A stretch of DNA of 59,670 bases, from contig CANQXB010000002.1 in NCBI GenBank assembly GCA_947627805.1, positions 1 to 59,670 of the forward strand. Reading direction: 5' to 3'. Shown here piece after piece: positions 46,136-53,800 of the stretch (the first letter of the stretch is position 1; the number at the start of each line of letters is the position of its first letter). The notes under the pieces are model-generated. The model worked only from the letters and a program-made list of their open reading frames with translations. It searched no databases and had not been told where the DNA came from. Origin of the DNA: an uncultured Bacilli bacterium. Its GTDB lineage: Bacteria; Bacillota_I; Bacilli_A; RF39; UBA660. The position numbers and the translations under genes were made by a program.

Positions 46136-46592
46136 TGGTAAAAATAAATATTATGTAAAAATTTGGATAACAGAAGAAGATAGAAATCAGGGATTTGCCG
46201 ATGATTACTATAAAGATTTTAATAGTTTAAAAGAAGCTATTAAAGAAATGAGAAAGTATTTTTATGATGGAAATTGTGTATGTGTTGAAATATACAATTC
46301 TAATAATGAACCTGTATATAATTGTGATAAAGATTCAGAAATGTTTTATGCGAGTACATATAATATAGAAAAAGTTAGTGAAAAAATAGTAAGAAAATAT
46401 ATTGATAATTGGGTTAATAAAAAAGAATTACCAACGAATGAAAAATTAATTTATTGTTATGATGGAAATAAGTATATAGCTGTAGATAATACAACAGATA
46501 ATTGCTTTGTAGAAGAGTTTGACAGTGAAAAAGATGCTTTTGCGTGGTTAATAAAGGCATATGAAAAAGATGATATGGATATTGAAAAATGA
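46125..46592 (+). CDS. Hypothetical protein; its C-terminal segment is duplicated at 48846..49022
   Basis: 155-aa ORF that overlaps the upstream gene. Its C-terminus is NKYIAVDNTTDNCFVEEFDSEKDAFAWL. Confidence 0.55.
   Translation: MKYNGKNKYYVKIWITEEDRNQGFADDYYKDFNSLKEAIKEMRKYFYDGNCVCVEIYNSNNEPVYNCDKDSEMFYASTYNIEKVSEKIVRKYIDNWVNKKELPTNEKLIYCYDGNKYIAVDNTTDNCFVEEFDSEKDAFAWLIKAYEKDDMDIEK
46467..46537 (+). repeat. 71-bp near-identical DNA repeat (copy 1; copy 2 at 48906..48976)
   Basis: aataagtatatagctgtagataatacaaca(gat/ggc)aattgctttgtagaagagtttgacag(t/c)gaaaaagatgc. 68 of 71 nt are identical by my count. Confidence 0.8.
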
Positions 46593-46608
46593 TGGAGGTG
46601 ATAACTTA

Positions 46609-46977
46609 ATGAATAGAGATGATATAAAGTGGTTGGATTTTTTTGGTGGTGTTAATACTATTATTATAAGAAACAAATTAGAGTTTAATAAATTTTATAA
46701 TTTTATGAGTAACCTTGGATTACAAGGCCTTTTTCATAATGATAAAACTTTTGAATCATGGCAGCATTTAGCAGAAATAAATGGTTATGTATCAGATTAT
46801 ATTATTTTTGAATATCAACCGTGTAAAGGAATGACTTTTGGCTATTCAATAGAAACATCAAAAGATTGGTATGATAAAGAACCGTTAACTGTTGATGTAT
46901 TAGATGCTTTTTATTCTAATAGTACATTATTTAAAAATAAAAATGAAATTAATAAAGATTTAGAAATAGAAATATAG
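46609..46977 (+). CDS. Hypothetical protein
   Basis: GGAGGTGA lies 8 nt before the ATG at 46609 (MNRDDIKWLDFF...). The track start at 46561 overlaps the previous gene. Confidence 0.55.
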   Translation: MNRDDIKWLDFFGGVNTIIIRNKLEFNKFYNFMSNLGLQGLFHNDKTFESWQHLAEINGYVSDYIIFEYQPCKGMTFGYSIETSKDWYDKEPLTVDVLDAFYSNSTLFKNKNEINKDLEIEI

Positions 46978-47101
46978 AAAGGAGAAATGAATAGTAATAT
47001 GAATCTAAATGTAAAAGTAATAGTTGAAAATACAATCTTACGTTTAAGAAATAAGTCATATAATCAAGTAAGAAATTTAGATAAGGAGGTTGAACGATAA
47101 A

Positions 47102-47962
47102 ATGGGGCAATATTATAAATTTTTAAATTTAGATAAAAAGCAAAAGTGTGAAAGAGCAAAACCTATGTTAAAACTCACAGAACATTCTTATTTAGGAAAT
47201 GATTATTGTGATGATATTTTATCTTTACTTGCAAACGAATGGAAGGGTGATAGAGTAATTCATGTTGGAGATTATGCAGAAGGAAATGATGGAACCACAA
47301 CAGAAAAATTAATAGATAAACTTGAAACCGAAAATAATTTACTTGATGAAAATTTAACTGTATATGATTGGGGAAACTACTTTACAAATGTTGCACCTAA
47401 AAAAGATATAACTAATATAAGGTATGTTTATAACCTAGACAAGAAAGAGTTTGTCGATCTTTTAAAGCAACCTGTTCAATGGTTTTACTATGAAAAAAAT
47501 AATATACATGCAGTAAAATTCAATTCTTTTGCTCTTCTAATTGGATGTGGTAATGAACAAGGCGGAGGGGATTATTATACTATAAACAAAAATAGAATTG
47601 GATTATGGGCTGGAGATAAGTTTGTATCATCTATTGAAAAAATTAAAGATTATGAAACTTTTACAGAAACAAAATATGTTTTTAATGAAATGTTACCAAT
47701 TAAAAATAAAATAAAAAATTATAATGAACAAGGTGAAAGAAAAATTTTATTAGATGAAGGAGTGGAATTAAAGCATTACTTAGACTATATTCAAAAATAT
47801 GAAAAAATTAATTTTTCAAAATTAAAATTATATAAAGAAAATTTATTGGATGATGAATACAAGTATTTAAATGGTATATTAAATAAGTATATTGATAAAG
47901 AATTTAAAAAAGTGGAATTAAATGAAGATTCAGAAATAGAAACTGATAAAGAATTAGAATAA
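47102..47962 (+). CDS. Hypothetical protein
   Basis: AAGGAGG lies upstream of the ATG at 47102 (MGQYYKFLNLDKK...). The track start at 47090 is a TTG. Confidence 0.55.
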   Translation: MGQYYKFLNLDKKQKCERAKPMLKLTEHSYLGNDYCDDILSLLANEWKGDRVIHVGDYAEGNDGTTTEKLIDKLETENNLLDENLTVYDWGNYFTNVAPKKDITNIRYVYNLDKKEFVDLLKQPVQWFYYEKNNIHAVKFNSFALLIGCGNEQGGGDYYTINKNRIGLWAGDKFVSSIEKIKDYETFTETKYVFNEMLPIKNKIKNYNEQGERKILLDEGVELKHYLDYIQKYEKINFSKLKLYKENLLDDEYKYLNGILNKYIDKEFKKVELNEDSEIETDKELE

Positions 47963-47978
47963 ATAGAAAGAAGTGAGA

Positions 47979-48230
47979 ATGATGGAATCTAATCGAGTGG
48001 CAATGGAAAAACATTTCGATATGTTTGCTACTGTTTTAGTGAAAGAAGTTATGGATATTCCTATTGAATGGGTTAGTGATGAAAGACTAGAAGAAATCAA
48101 AAAATGTATATTTTATAATGAAACTAAAATTTTTAATCAAAGTTTTGTTAAAAAATTAAAAGCAATTGAAGAAAAAATTGAAATTGAAAAAGGTTTGAGA
48201 GAAGCACCTACAGTAGAAAAGACATTGTAA
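47979..48230 (+). CDS. Hypothetical small protein
   Basis: ORF of about 83 aa. The start is uncertain (GTG 47973, ATG 47979 or ATG 47982). Confidence 0.45.
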   Translation: MMESNRVAMEKHFDMFATVLVKEVMDIPIEWVSDERLEEIKKCIFYNETKIFNQSFVKKLKAIEEKIEIEKGLREAPTVEKTL

Positions 48231-48248
48231 AAAGAGGGGGAATGTAAA

Positions 48249-48842
48249 ATGCGTTACAAAGGTAAAATAAAGAAATTAAATCATATAGTTGTTTCGGATC
48301 CTTATTATAATAAAGGCGTTTTGTGCAGATATGAAATTGAAAATTTAAATGAAAAAGATTGGATAGTAAATTTAGATATTATTCGTAAAAAAGAAAAAAT
48401 AGAAGAATTCGATATAAGTTATACCGATTTTTTTATGCTAATCAAAAAAGAAGATAATTTATGTAATTTAATTAAGGATGGAATATCTTATTTAAATGAT
48501 ATTAACTTAAAAGAATATCGAATTGGAATGGATACTGCTTGCGTAGCATTAGGAATAAACGACAATGCAAAAGAAATAATAAATTCCCAAGATGAATGGC
48601 AACCTAGTTGTTCAATTAGAACTGGAACAGATGGATTTTTTGGGGAAGTTAAAGAAGGCAAAGATAAAAATAATAATCTTTGTTTTGTTTATATATATGG
48701 AAGTATTGATGATGATATGGATTATGAATTAGATGATATAAAAGATTATTTAGTAAAACAATTTGAAATAACAGAATTAGAAATTGAATCAAAAAGCTCA
48801 AAAAATGAAGTTGAAAATGCTATCAGTGTAGAGGAGGGATAA
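48249..48842 (+). CDS. Hypothetical acidic protein
   Basis: AGAGGGGG lies upstream. The 197-aa ORF ends with the tandem stops TAA TAA. Confidence 0.55.
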   Translation: MRYKGKIKKLNHIVVSDPYYNKGVLCRYEIENLNEKDWIVNLDIIRKKEKIEEFDISYTDFFMLIKKEDNLCNLIKDGISYLNDINLKEYRIGMDTACVALGINDNAKEIINSQDEWQPSCSIRTGTDGFFGEVKEGKDKNNNLCFVYIYGSIDDDMDYELDDIKDYLVKQFEITELEIESKSSKNEVENAISVEEG

Positions 48843-48845
48843 TAA

Positions 48846-49022
48846 ACGAATTTTGAAGAATTATTTGGTAAATATGATACGAAACCAATTATTAATTATG
48901 ATGAGAATAAGTATATAGCTGTAGATAATACAACAGGCAATTGCTTTGTAGAAGAGTTTGACAGCGAAAAAGATGCCTTAAAGAATTTATCAAATGCGTA
49001 TGAAAACGGAAAAGAATTGTAA
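48846..49022 (+). pseudogene. Start-less remnant of a domain paralogous to the C-terminus of 46125..46592
   Basis: 58 open codons lie in the same frame as 48249..48842, directly after TAA TAA. They encode ...IINYDENKYIAVDNTTGNCFVEEFDSEKDALKNLSNAYENGKEL. I found no in-frame ATG, GTG or TTG. Confidence 0.5.
48906..48976 (+). repeat. 71-bp near-identical DNA repeat (copy 2; copy 1 at 46467..46537)
   Basis: See copy 1. 68 of 71 nt are identical by my count. Confidence 0.8.
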
Positions 49023-49039
49023 AGGAGTTGATGAAATAT

Positions 49040-49771
49040 ATGCCAAATTGGACACAAAATAAAGTAACATGTAATAAAAGATTAGCAAATATACTTTTAA
49101 CAAAAAAAGATGGAAAATATATTTTAGATTTTAACAAATTAGTGCCTATGCCTAAAGAATTAGATTTACCAACCGTGGGTATTGAGAATGAAGCAGTTGC
49201 TTGTTATTATTTATCATTAAACTCTAAAGATAGGGACTATGTTGAAAAGATTTTAAAAAAAACTATTGAAGGTTGGTGTGGCAACTATTGGAATAGATAT
49301 GAAGAAACAATTAATAAATATAAAAAAGATTCAAAAAGTTTAGAAAGTGCTAAAAGTAATTTCAGTGGAAATTTTGATAACTATAATGTTGAGTTTAATT
49401 CACTTGAAGAGTTAGGAAAACAATATTTTGAAAACATAAAAAATTATAAAAGTTCTGAATGGTATGACTGGCGTTTTAGAAATTGGGGAACCAAATGGAA
49501 TGTTGAAGAAAAAGTTGATGTTAATGTTGTTTCTGATGATTGTTATGAAATTTCTTTTTTAACTGCATGGTCTTCGCCAGTAGGAATAGTAATAAAATTT
49601 AGCGAAAATTGTAAAGATGGTGAGTTAAATTGGGAATTTGTTAATGAGGATTATGATGGTTATCATCATCTAAAATTAGAAGATGGTAAAATTGTGGATT
49701 ATGTAACAGATTATCAAAATGAATATGAAGAAGATTCAGATAATGAAAACGAATCTTCTTATATTAATTAG
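49040..49771 (+). CDS. DUF1281-like protein (MPNW... N-terminus, NWGTKWN motif)
   Basis: MPNWTQNKVTC..., RNWGTKWNVEE and FLTAWSSP match my recollection of the plasmid-borne DUF1281/YubB-like family. The start is uncertain (49028, 49031 or 49040). Confidence 0.5.
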   Translation: MPNWTQNKVTCNKRLANILLTKKDGKYILDFNKLVPMPKELDLPTVGIENEAVACYYLSLNSKDRDYVEKILKKTIEGWCGNYWNRYEETINKYKKDSKSLESAKSNFSGNFDNYNVEFNSLEELGKQYFENIKNYKSSEWYDWRFRNWGTKWNVEEKVDVNVVSDDCYEISFLTAWSSPVGIVIKFSENCKDGELNWEFVNEDYDGYHHLKLEDGKIVDYVTDYQNEYEEDSDNENESSYIN

Positions 49772-49794
49772 TAAAAAGTAAGGGGATAAAGATT

Positions 49795-50187
49795 ATGGAA
49801 CTAATTACAAAAGAAATAGAAGAAAAATTTAAAAAATATCCATTAGGAAGTCAAGATGGATTATTAGGAGATTCTAAAGTTGTGGTAAAGTATTTTAATC
49901 CTGTTGGAGTTGGCACATGGTTTATCACAGAAGGTAATAAATTAGAAAATGGCGATTATATAATGTATGGATATTGTCATTTAGGAGATGATGATATGGC
50001 GGAATTTGGGTATGTAAAGTTATCTGAATTAAAAGAAATAAAATTGCCTTTTGGAATGGAAATTGAAAGAGACCTATATTTACCAGATGATTGCACATTA
50101 AAAGATGCGATGGAAAGTATAGATATTTCAATACCTGATTATTTTAATAAAGATTTTTTAGATAATATAGAAGAAACAGAAATATAG
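49795..50187 (+). CDS. DUF2958-like protein
   Basis: KYPLGSQDG...VVVKYFNPVGVGTWFITEG....MYGYCHLG.D.AEFGYVKLSELKEI matches my recollection of the DUF2958 signature, which is common on conjugative elements. Confidence 0.6.
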   Translation: MELITKEIEEKFKKYPLGSQDGLLGDSKVVVKYFNPVGVGTWFITEGNKLENGDYIMYGYCHLGDDDMAEFGYVKLSELKEIKLPFGMEIERDLYLPDDCTLKDAMESIDISIPDYFNKDFLDNIEETEI

Positions 50188-50317
50188 AATGAAAAAGATA
50201 TATTACCAGCCATTTTAAGAAAAGATTTAAGTAAAAATCTTGATATGAAATTAGAATGGAAAAATATGAATTTGATGTTGGAAAAGATAAGGATAATATG
50301 GAGGAGGAATTGGAAAA

Positions 50318-51127
50318 ATGAAAGATTATCTTAATAGAAAAGAATATCCTAATGGTGATATTACTGTTAAATTAGTAAAAATGGGAATGGATATTGACGA
50401 TACAAGAAATCATAGAGTTAGAGGAATTATTCAAACAGAAGATAATAAAAATTTATTTATAGAAATTTTACTAGGAAGAAGAATTCCAAAAAAATATACT
50501 TCTATGACATCTAAAGAATACTTGGAAAAATATCCAAATGAAGAATACATTTGTATAAATGGATGTTTTCGAGTAGATATTCCAGAAGATTATTATAAAA
50601 GTTATACTTCTGAATTTTCTAAATATAAACGTTATAGTTTTAATGAATATAAGCACAACAAGGAAAATATAATTAAAGTTTTACAAATTTTTAATAAGAA
50701 CATTAAAGATGTTGAACTTGTAGATCATAATTATATGGATGAATATTGTAATGAAAATGGTTTTTATGAATTATATGACGAAAGGTTAGAACATACCTTA
50801 AAACCTATTAAAATTATCAATATTTATCATAATGAAATTATTATTGAATTGGAATATCGTTGCATAAACTATGACAAAACTAAAACCTATACTGAAAATA
50901 TACAAAGAACCTATGACTTAGATTTAGATAAATTAAATAAGAAATTCGGTTCAAAAGAAATGAAACTATTATTAAGTGATTATGAAAGGAAATTAGAAAA
51001 AAAGAACAACTTATTCAAAAATGAGAAAAAAGAAATGCAAAAAGAATTAGAAGATAAAAATACTGTGCAAATATCAAATCAACAAGTAGAAGAAGATAAA
51101 GAAGATTTAGATATTAATTTTGTCTAG
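50318..51127 (+). CDS. Hypothetical protein
   Basis: 269-aa ORF with GGAGGAGG upstream. No motif recognised. Confidence 0.55.
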   Translation: MKDYLNRKEYPNGDITVKLVKMGMDIDDTRNHRVRGIIQTEDNKNLFIEILLGRRIPKKYTSMTSKEYLEKYPNEEYICINGCFRVDIPEDYYKSYTSEFSKYKRYSFNEYKHNKENIIKVLQIFNKNIKDVELVDHNYMDEYCNENGFYELYDERLEHTLKPIKIINIYHNEIIIELEYRCINYDKTKTYTENIQRTYDLDLDKLNKKFGSKEMKLLLSDYERKLEKKNNLFKNEKKEMQKELEDKNTVQISNQQVEEDKEDLDINFV

Positions 51128-53168
51128 TTTTTATTTAGAAGGGGGGAAAAATATTCTGGAAATACAAGATTTTGGAGAGAAAATTGGAGGAGCTAAAAAG
51201 GATCTATGGAAAGAACGAGGACTATCTATTGCTGATTTAGTTGGAATGAATGATGCTGAAAAAATAAAACTAATAAAAAAAGATAATGTTTGGAAAAGGC
51301 CAAATTATCAAGAAATGGTTGATAATGGCATGCCTGTTAGAGTAGCTTATTTTATAAAATTGATAAGAGATGCAATTCCAACCAAACCTATTATTACCTA
51401 TCGTGATAGAACTCCAGAATTAATTATGAATAAACAAGAAGGATACGTGGAGTTTGTCGGAAAAATAAGAGATTATGCCATGAATTTATCTAAAGAAGAT
51501 GAAATATTTAATTTTTATAATGATTTTTTAAGTAAGTATGTTACATTTAATAATCCATATTCAGTTTTAAATTCTTCTGAAGCATATGATTATATCAACC
51601 AAAAAATGTTAAATTTACTTAATATTAAAAATTTTTTGAGAATTGATAATGAGATTATAAAAAATCAATTTTGTTTTACTGATGAAGAAAAAATATTATC
51701 AAAATTCGAAATTTTTTATTATTCAAAAGACAACACTAAATTTACAAAGTATAATGATAGAAATACAATAGAGCATAAAGAAAGATTTGTAAAATATTAT
51801 ATTTATCCCAAAGAACAATTTAGTAATCCAGATAATTGGAAAGAAAACACATTTTTTATTTGGAAAAATGGAGAAATAATAAAAAATAATTTAAATAGTA
51901 TAGATGATGCTAAAAAGTATATATTAGATAATTATGAAGTTAGTCCAAAAGTAAATACTAGAAATAGAAAAAAGAAATTTATTCCAAAACAACTAAAAAA
52001 TATTTCTCGTGATGGCGAAGATGTAAGAAATGGAAAAGATATAACTGGAGAAGATATGTTGAAAAGTTTTATTTTTAAAGGTGGAGAGTTTGGTAATTGG
52101 TTGAATGATAATGATAGACACCAATCATTAAATTATGGATTTGAAGCACTAATGGATTTAAGCAAGGCATTAGCTATTTCTCCAGAAGATATATCATTAG
52201 GAAATAGATTGTCTATAGCTTTTGGTTCTCGTGGTAGTGGTTCTGCTTTAGCTCATTATGAACCTGATAGAGAAGTAATAAATATAACAAAAATGAGAGG
52301 TGCAGGCAGTTTAGCTCATGAATGGGGACATGCTTTAGATGATATTGTAGGAAAAAAATTAGGTCTTAATGGTTTTTTAACAGAAAGATATAACTCTACA
52401 GATCCAATTTTAAAAGAAATGAAAGATATTATTGAAACAATGCAATATAAAACAGTTTGTAATAAAGAAACAACTAAGTTGCAAAGAGAGGAATATGAGA
52501 AGGAAATAAATAAAGCAAAAAAATATATTGATTCATTTTTTCCGGAAAAATATCTTACTGAAAATCAAAAAAGCCAAAAAGAAAGTTTAGTACAAAAACT
52601 AATAGATAATTCAGAAACATCATCTAATAATTTAATTGATTATATTTCAAAAGGGATAGGTAATAAAGAGATTGATGAATTATCAAAATTACGATCAGAA
52701 ACGGTAGGAAAAGTTATTCCTAAAATTGAAAGAATTAATTTAGCATATTTACAAAATAATATAAATATAAAGGAAAAAAATATAGGAAGTTCTCAAAAAA
52801 TAAAAACGGATTTTTATAAAAATTCAATTAAATTTGATGATTATTTTTCAAAGACCGATAATGGATATTGGCAAAGCAAAGCAGAAATGTTTGCAAGAGC
52901 ATTTGCTTGTTATGTATATGATAAGTTAGGATATAAAAGTGATTATTTATGTGGACATGCAAATAAAGTAATTAATTCAGTAATAAATGATAAAGGTGAA
53001 ACAGAAGTTATTAAAGCATTTCCAATAGGGGAAGAAAGAAAAGCAATAAATGAAAAAATAGATACTTTTATAAAAGTTTTAAAAGAAAAAGAAATATTAC
53101 ATGATTATAATGAAAACGTTAATATATATGATGAAAAAAAAGAATCAGAAAATGAAATAATCTTATAA
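51120..53168 (+). CDS. Zincin-like (HExxH) domain protein resembling modules of conjugative-element 'polyvalent' proteins
   Basis: The N-terminal motif is IQDFGEKIGGAKKDLW. The metallopeptidase-like site is GSLAHEWGHALDD. The start codon is uncertain. GAAGGGGGG at 51138-51146 is followed by ATT (51153) and CTG (51156), and the TTG at 51120 has no SD. Confidence 0.6.
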   Translation: MSSFYLEGGKNILEIQDFGEKIGGAKKDLWKERGLSIADLVGMNDAEKIKLIKKDNVWKRPNYQEMVDNGMPVRVAYFIKLIRDAIPTKPIITYRDRTPELIMNKQEGYVEFVGKIRDYAMNLSKEDEIFNFYNDFLSKYVTFNNPYSVLNSSEAYDYINQKMLNLLNIKNFLRIDNEIIKNQFCFTDEEKILSKFEIFYYSKDNTKFTKYNDRNTIEHKERFVKYYIYPKEQFSNPDNWKENTFFIWKNGEIIKNNLNSIDDAKKYILDNYEVSPKVNTRNRKKKFIPKQLKNISRDGEDVRNGKDITGEDMLKSFIFKGGEFGNWLNDNDRHQSLNYGFEALMDLSKALAISPEDISLGNRLSIAFGSRGSGSALAHYEPDREVINITKMRGAGSLAHEWGHALDDIVGKKLGLNGFLTERYNSTDPILKEMKDIIETMQYKTVCNKETTKLQREEYEKEINKAKKYIDSFFPEKYLTENQKSQKESLVQKLIDNSETSSNNLIDYISKGIGNKEIDELSKLRSETVGKVIPKIERINLAYLQNNINIKEKNIGSSQKIKTDFYKNSIKFDDYFSKTDNGYWQSKAEMFARAFACYVYDKLGYKSDYLCGHANKVINSVINDKGETEVIKAFPIGEERKAINEKIDTFIKVLKEKEILHDYNENVNIYDEKKESENEIIL

Positions 53169-53200
53169 TTTTATGAAAAGGAAAAAGGAGGTATGGAATT

Positions 53201-53800
53201 ATGAGTTATTATCATATAAAAAATATAAAAATGAATAAAAAAAATAATATTATTTCTGCTGATTTAGCTGATTCTTGCTTGACACCACTAACATACAATC
53301 ATATTAATAATTTATATGAAGGTGAATCTTTTGAAGGAAAATATGAAAAATTAATATCAGACATAATTATTGGAAATTTTCATCCAGCAAAAGGTACTAA
53401 ATTATCAATGCTAACTCTTAATCCACTTTTTAGTAATTATTATGATGATATGCTAGATTTGGGAATAGCAAAAACTTATCAAAAATATAAAAGTGTTATT
53501 CATGGTATTTTAACAGGCAATTTAAAAGAATGTATTAAATTGGAATCAGAAAGAGAAATTAATCCAGAAAAATATTATGTATTACATGAGGTAAATCCAG
53601 AAAAAAGAGAAGAAAATATAAAAAATTATTATGAAAATCAAAAAGGTGAATTATATTGTTTAAAAAATGATGATTTAAAAGTATGCAGTACAAATGAAAA
53701 AAATTATGGATATCCAATGTACACACCTCTTGATCTTGATAAGTTTATAGAATATAACGAATTTTTAAAAGAAAATTATAAAGAATTTGTGGAGTTATAA
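53201..53800 (+). CDS. Hypothetical protein
   Basis: 199-aa ORF with AAAGGAGG upstream. It has a TAATG overlap with the coupling-protein gene. Confidence 0.55.
   Translation: MSYYHIKNIKMNKKNNIISADLADSCLTPLTYNHINNLYEGESFEGKYEKLISDIIIGNFHPAKGTKLSMLTLNPLFSNYYDDMLDLGIAKTYQKYKSVIHGILTGNLKECIKLESEREINPEKYYVLHEVNPEKREENIKNYYENQKGELYCLKNDDLKVCSTNEKNYGYPMYTPLDLDKFIEYNEFLKENYKEFVEL

Noticed and set aside
46987-47100. 37-aa ORF MNSNMNLNVKVIVENTILRLRNKSYNQVRNLDKEVER in the 124-bp gap before 47102
   Set aside because: GGAG lies only 2 nt from its ATG. I noticed no paralog or motif. Its 3' end merely spans the strong AAGGAGG SD of the next gene. I left it unannotated as too uncertain.
3611-50656. Short antisense or alternate-frame ORFs in the six-frame track. 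These are 3611..3802, 3930..4112, 4001..4294, 5430..5654, 8427..8654, 9632..9832, 13477..13854, 18055..18246, 19877..20092, 19905..20096 (+), 22311..22517, 24253..24441, 25450..25689, 26979..27185, 27207..27413, 28324..28533, 31685..31936, 38719..39033, 41073..41279, 42922..43143, 48892..49137, 49925..50131 and 50471..50656
   Set aside because: Each lies inside or against a longer, motif-bearing or better-supported ORF. Their translations are Phe/Ile/Leu/Ser-rich and low in complexity, as expected from the antisense of AT-rich coding DNA. None has a convincing SD.
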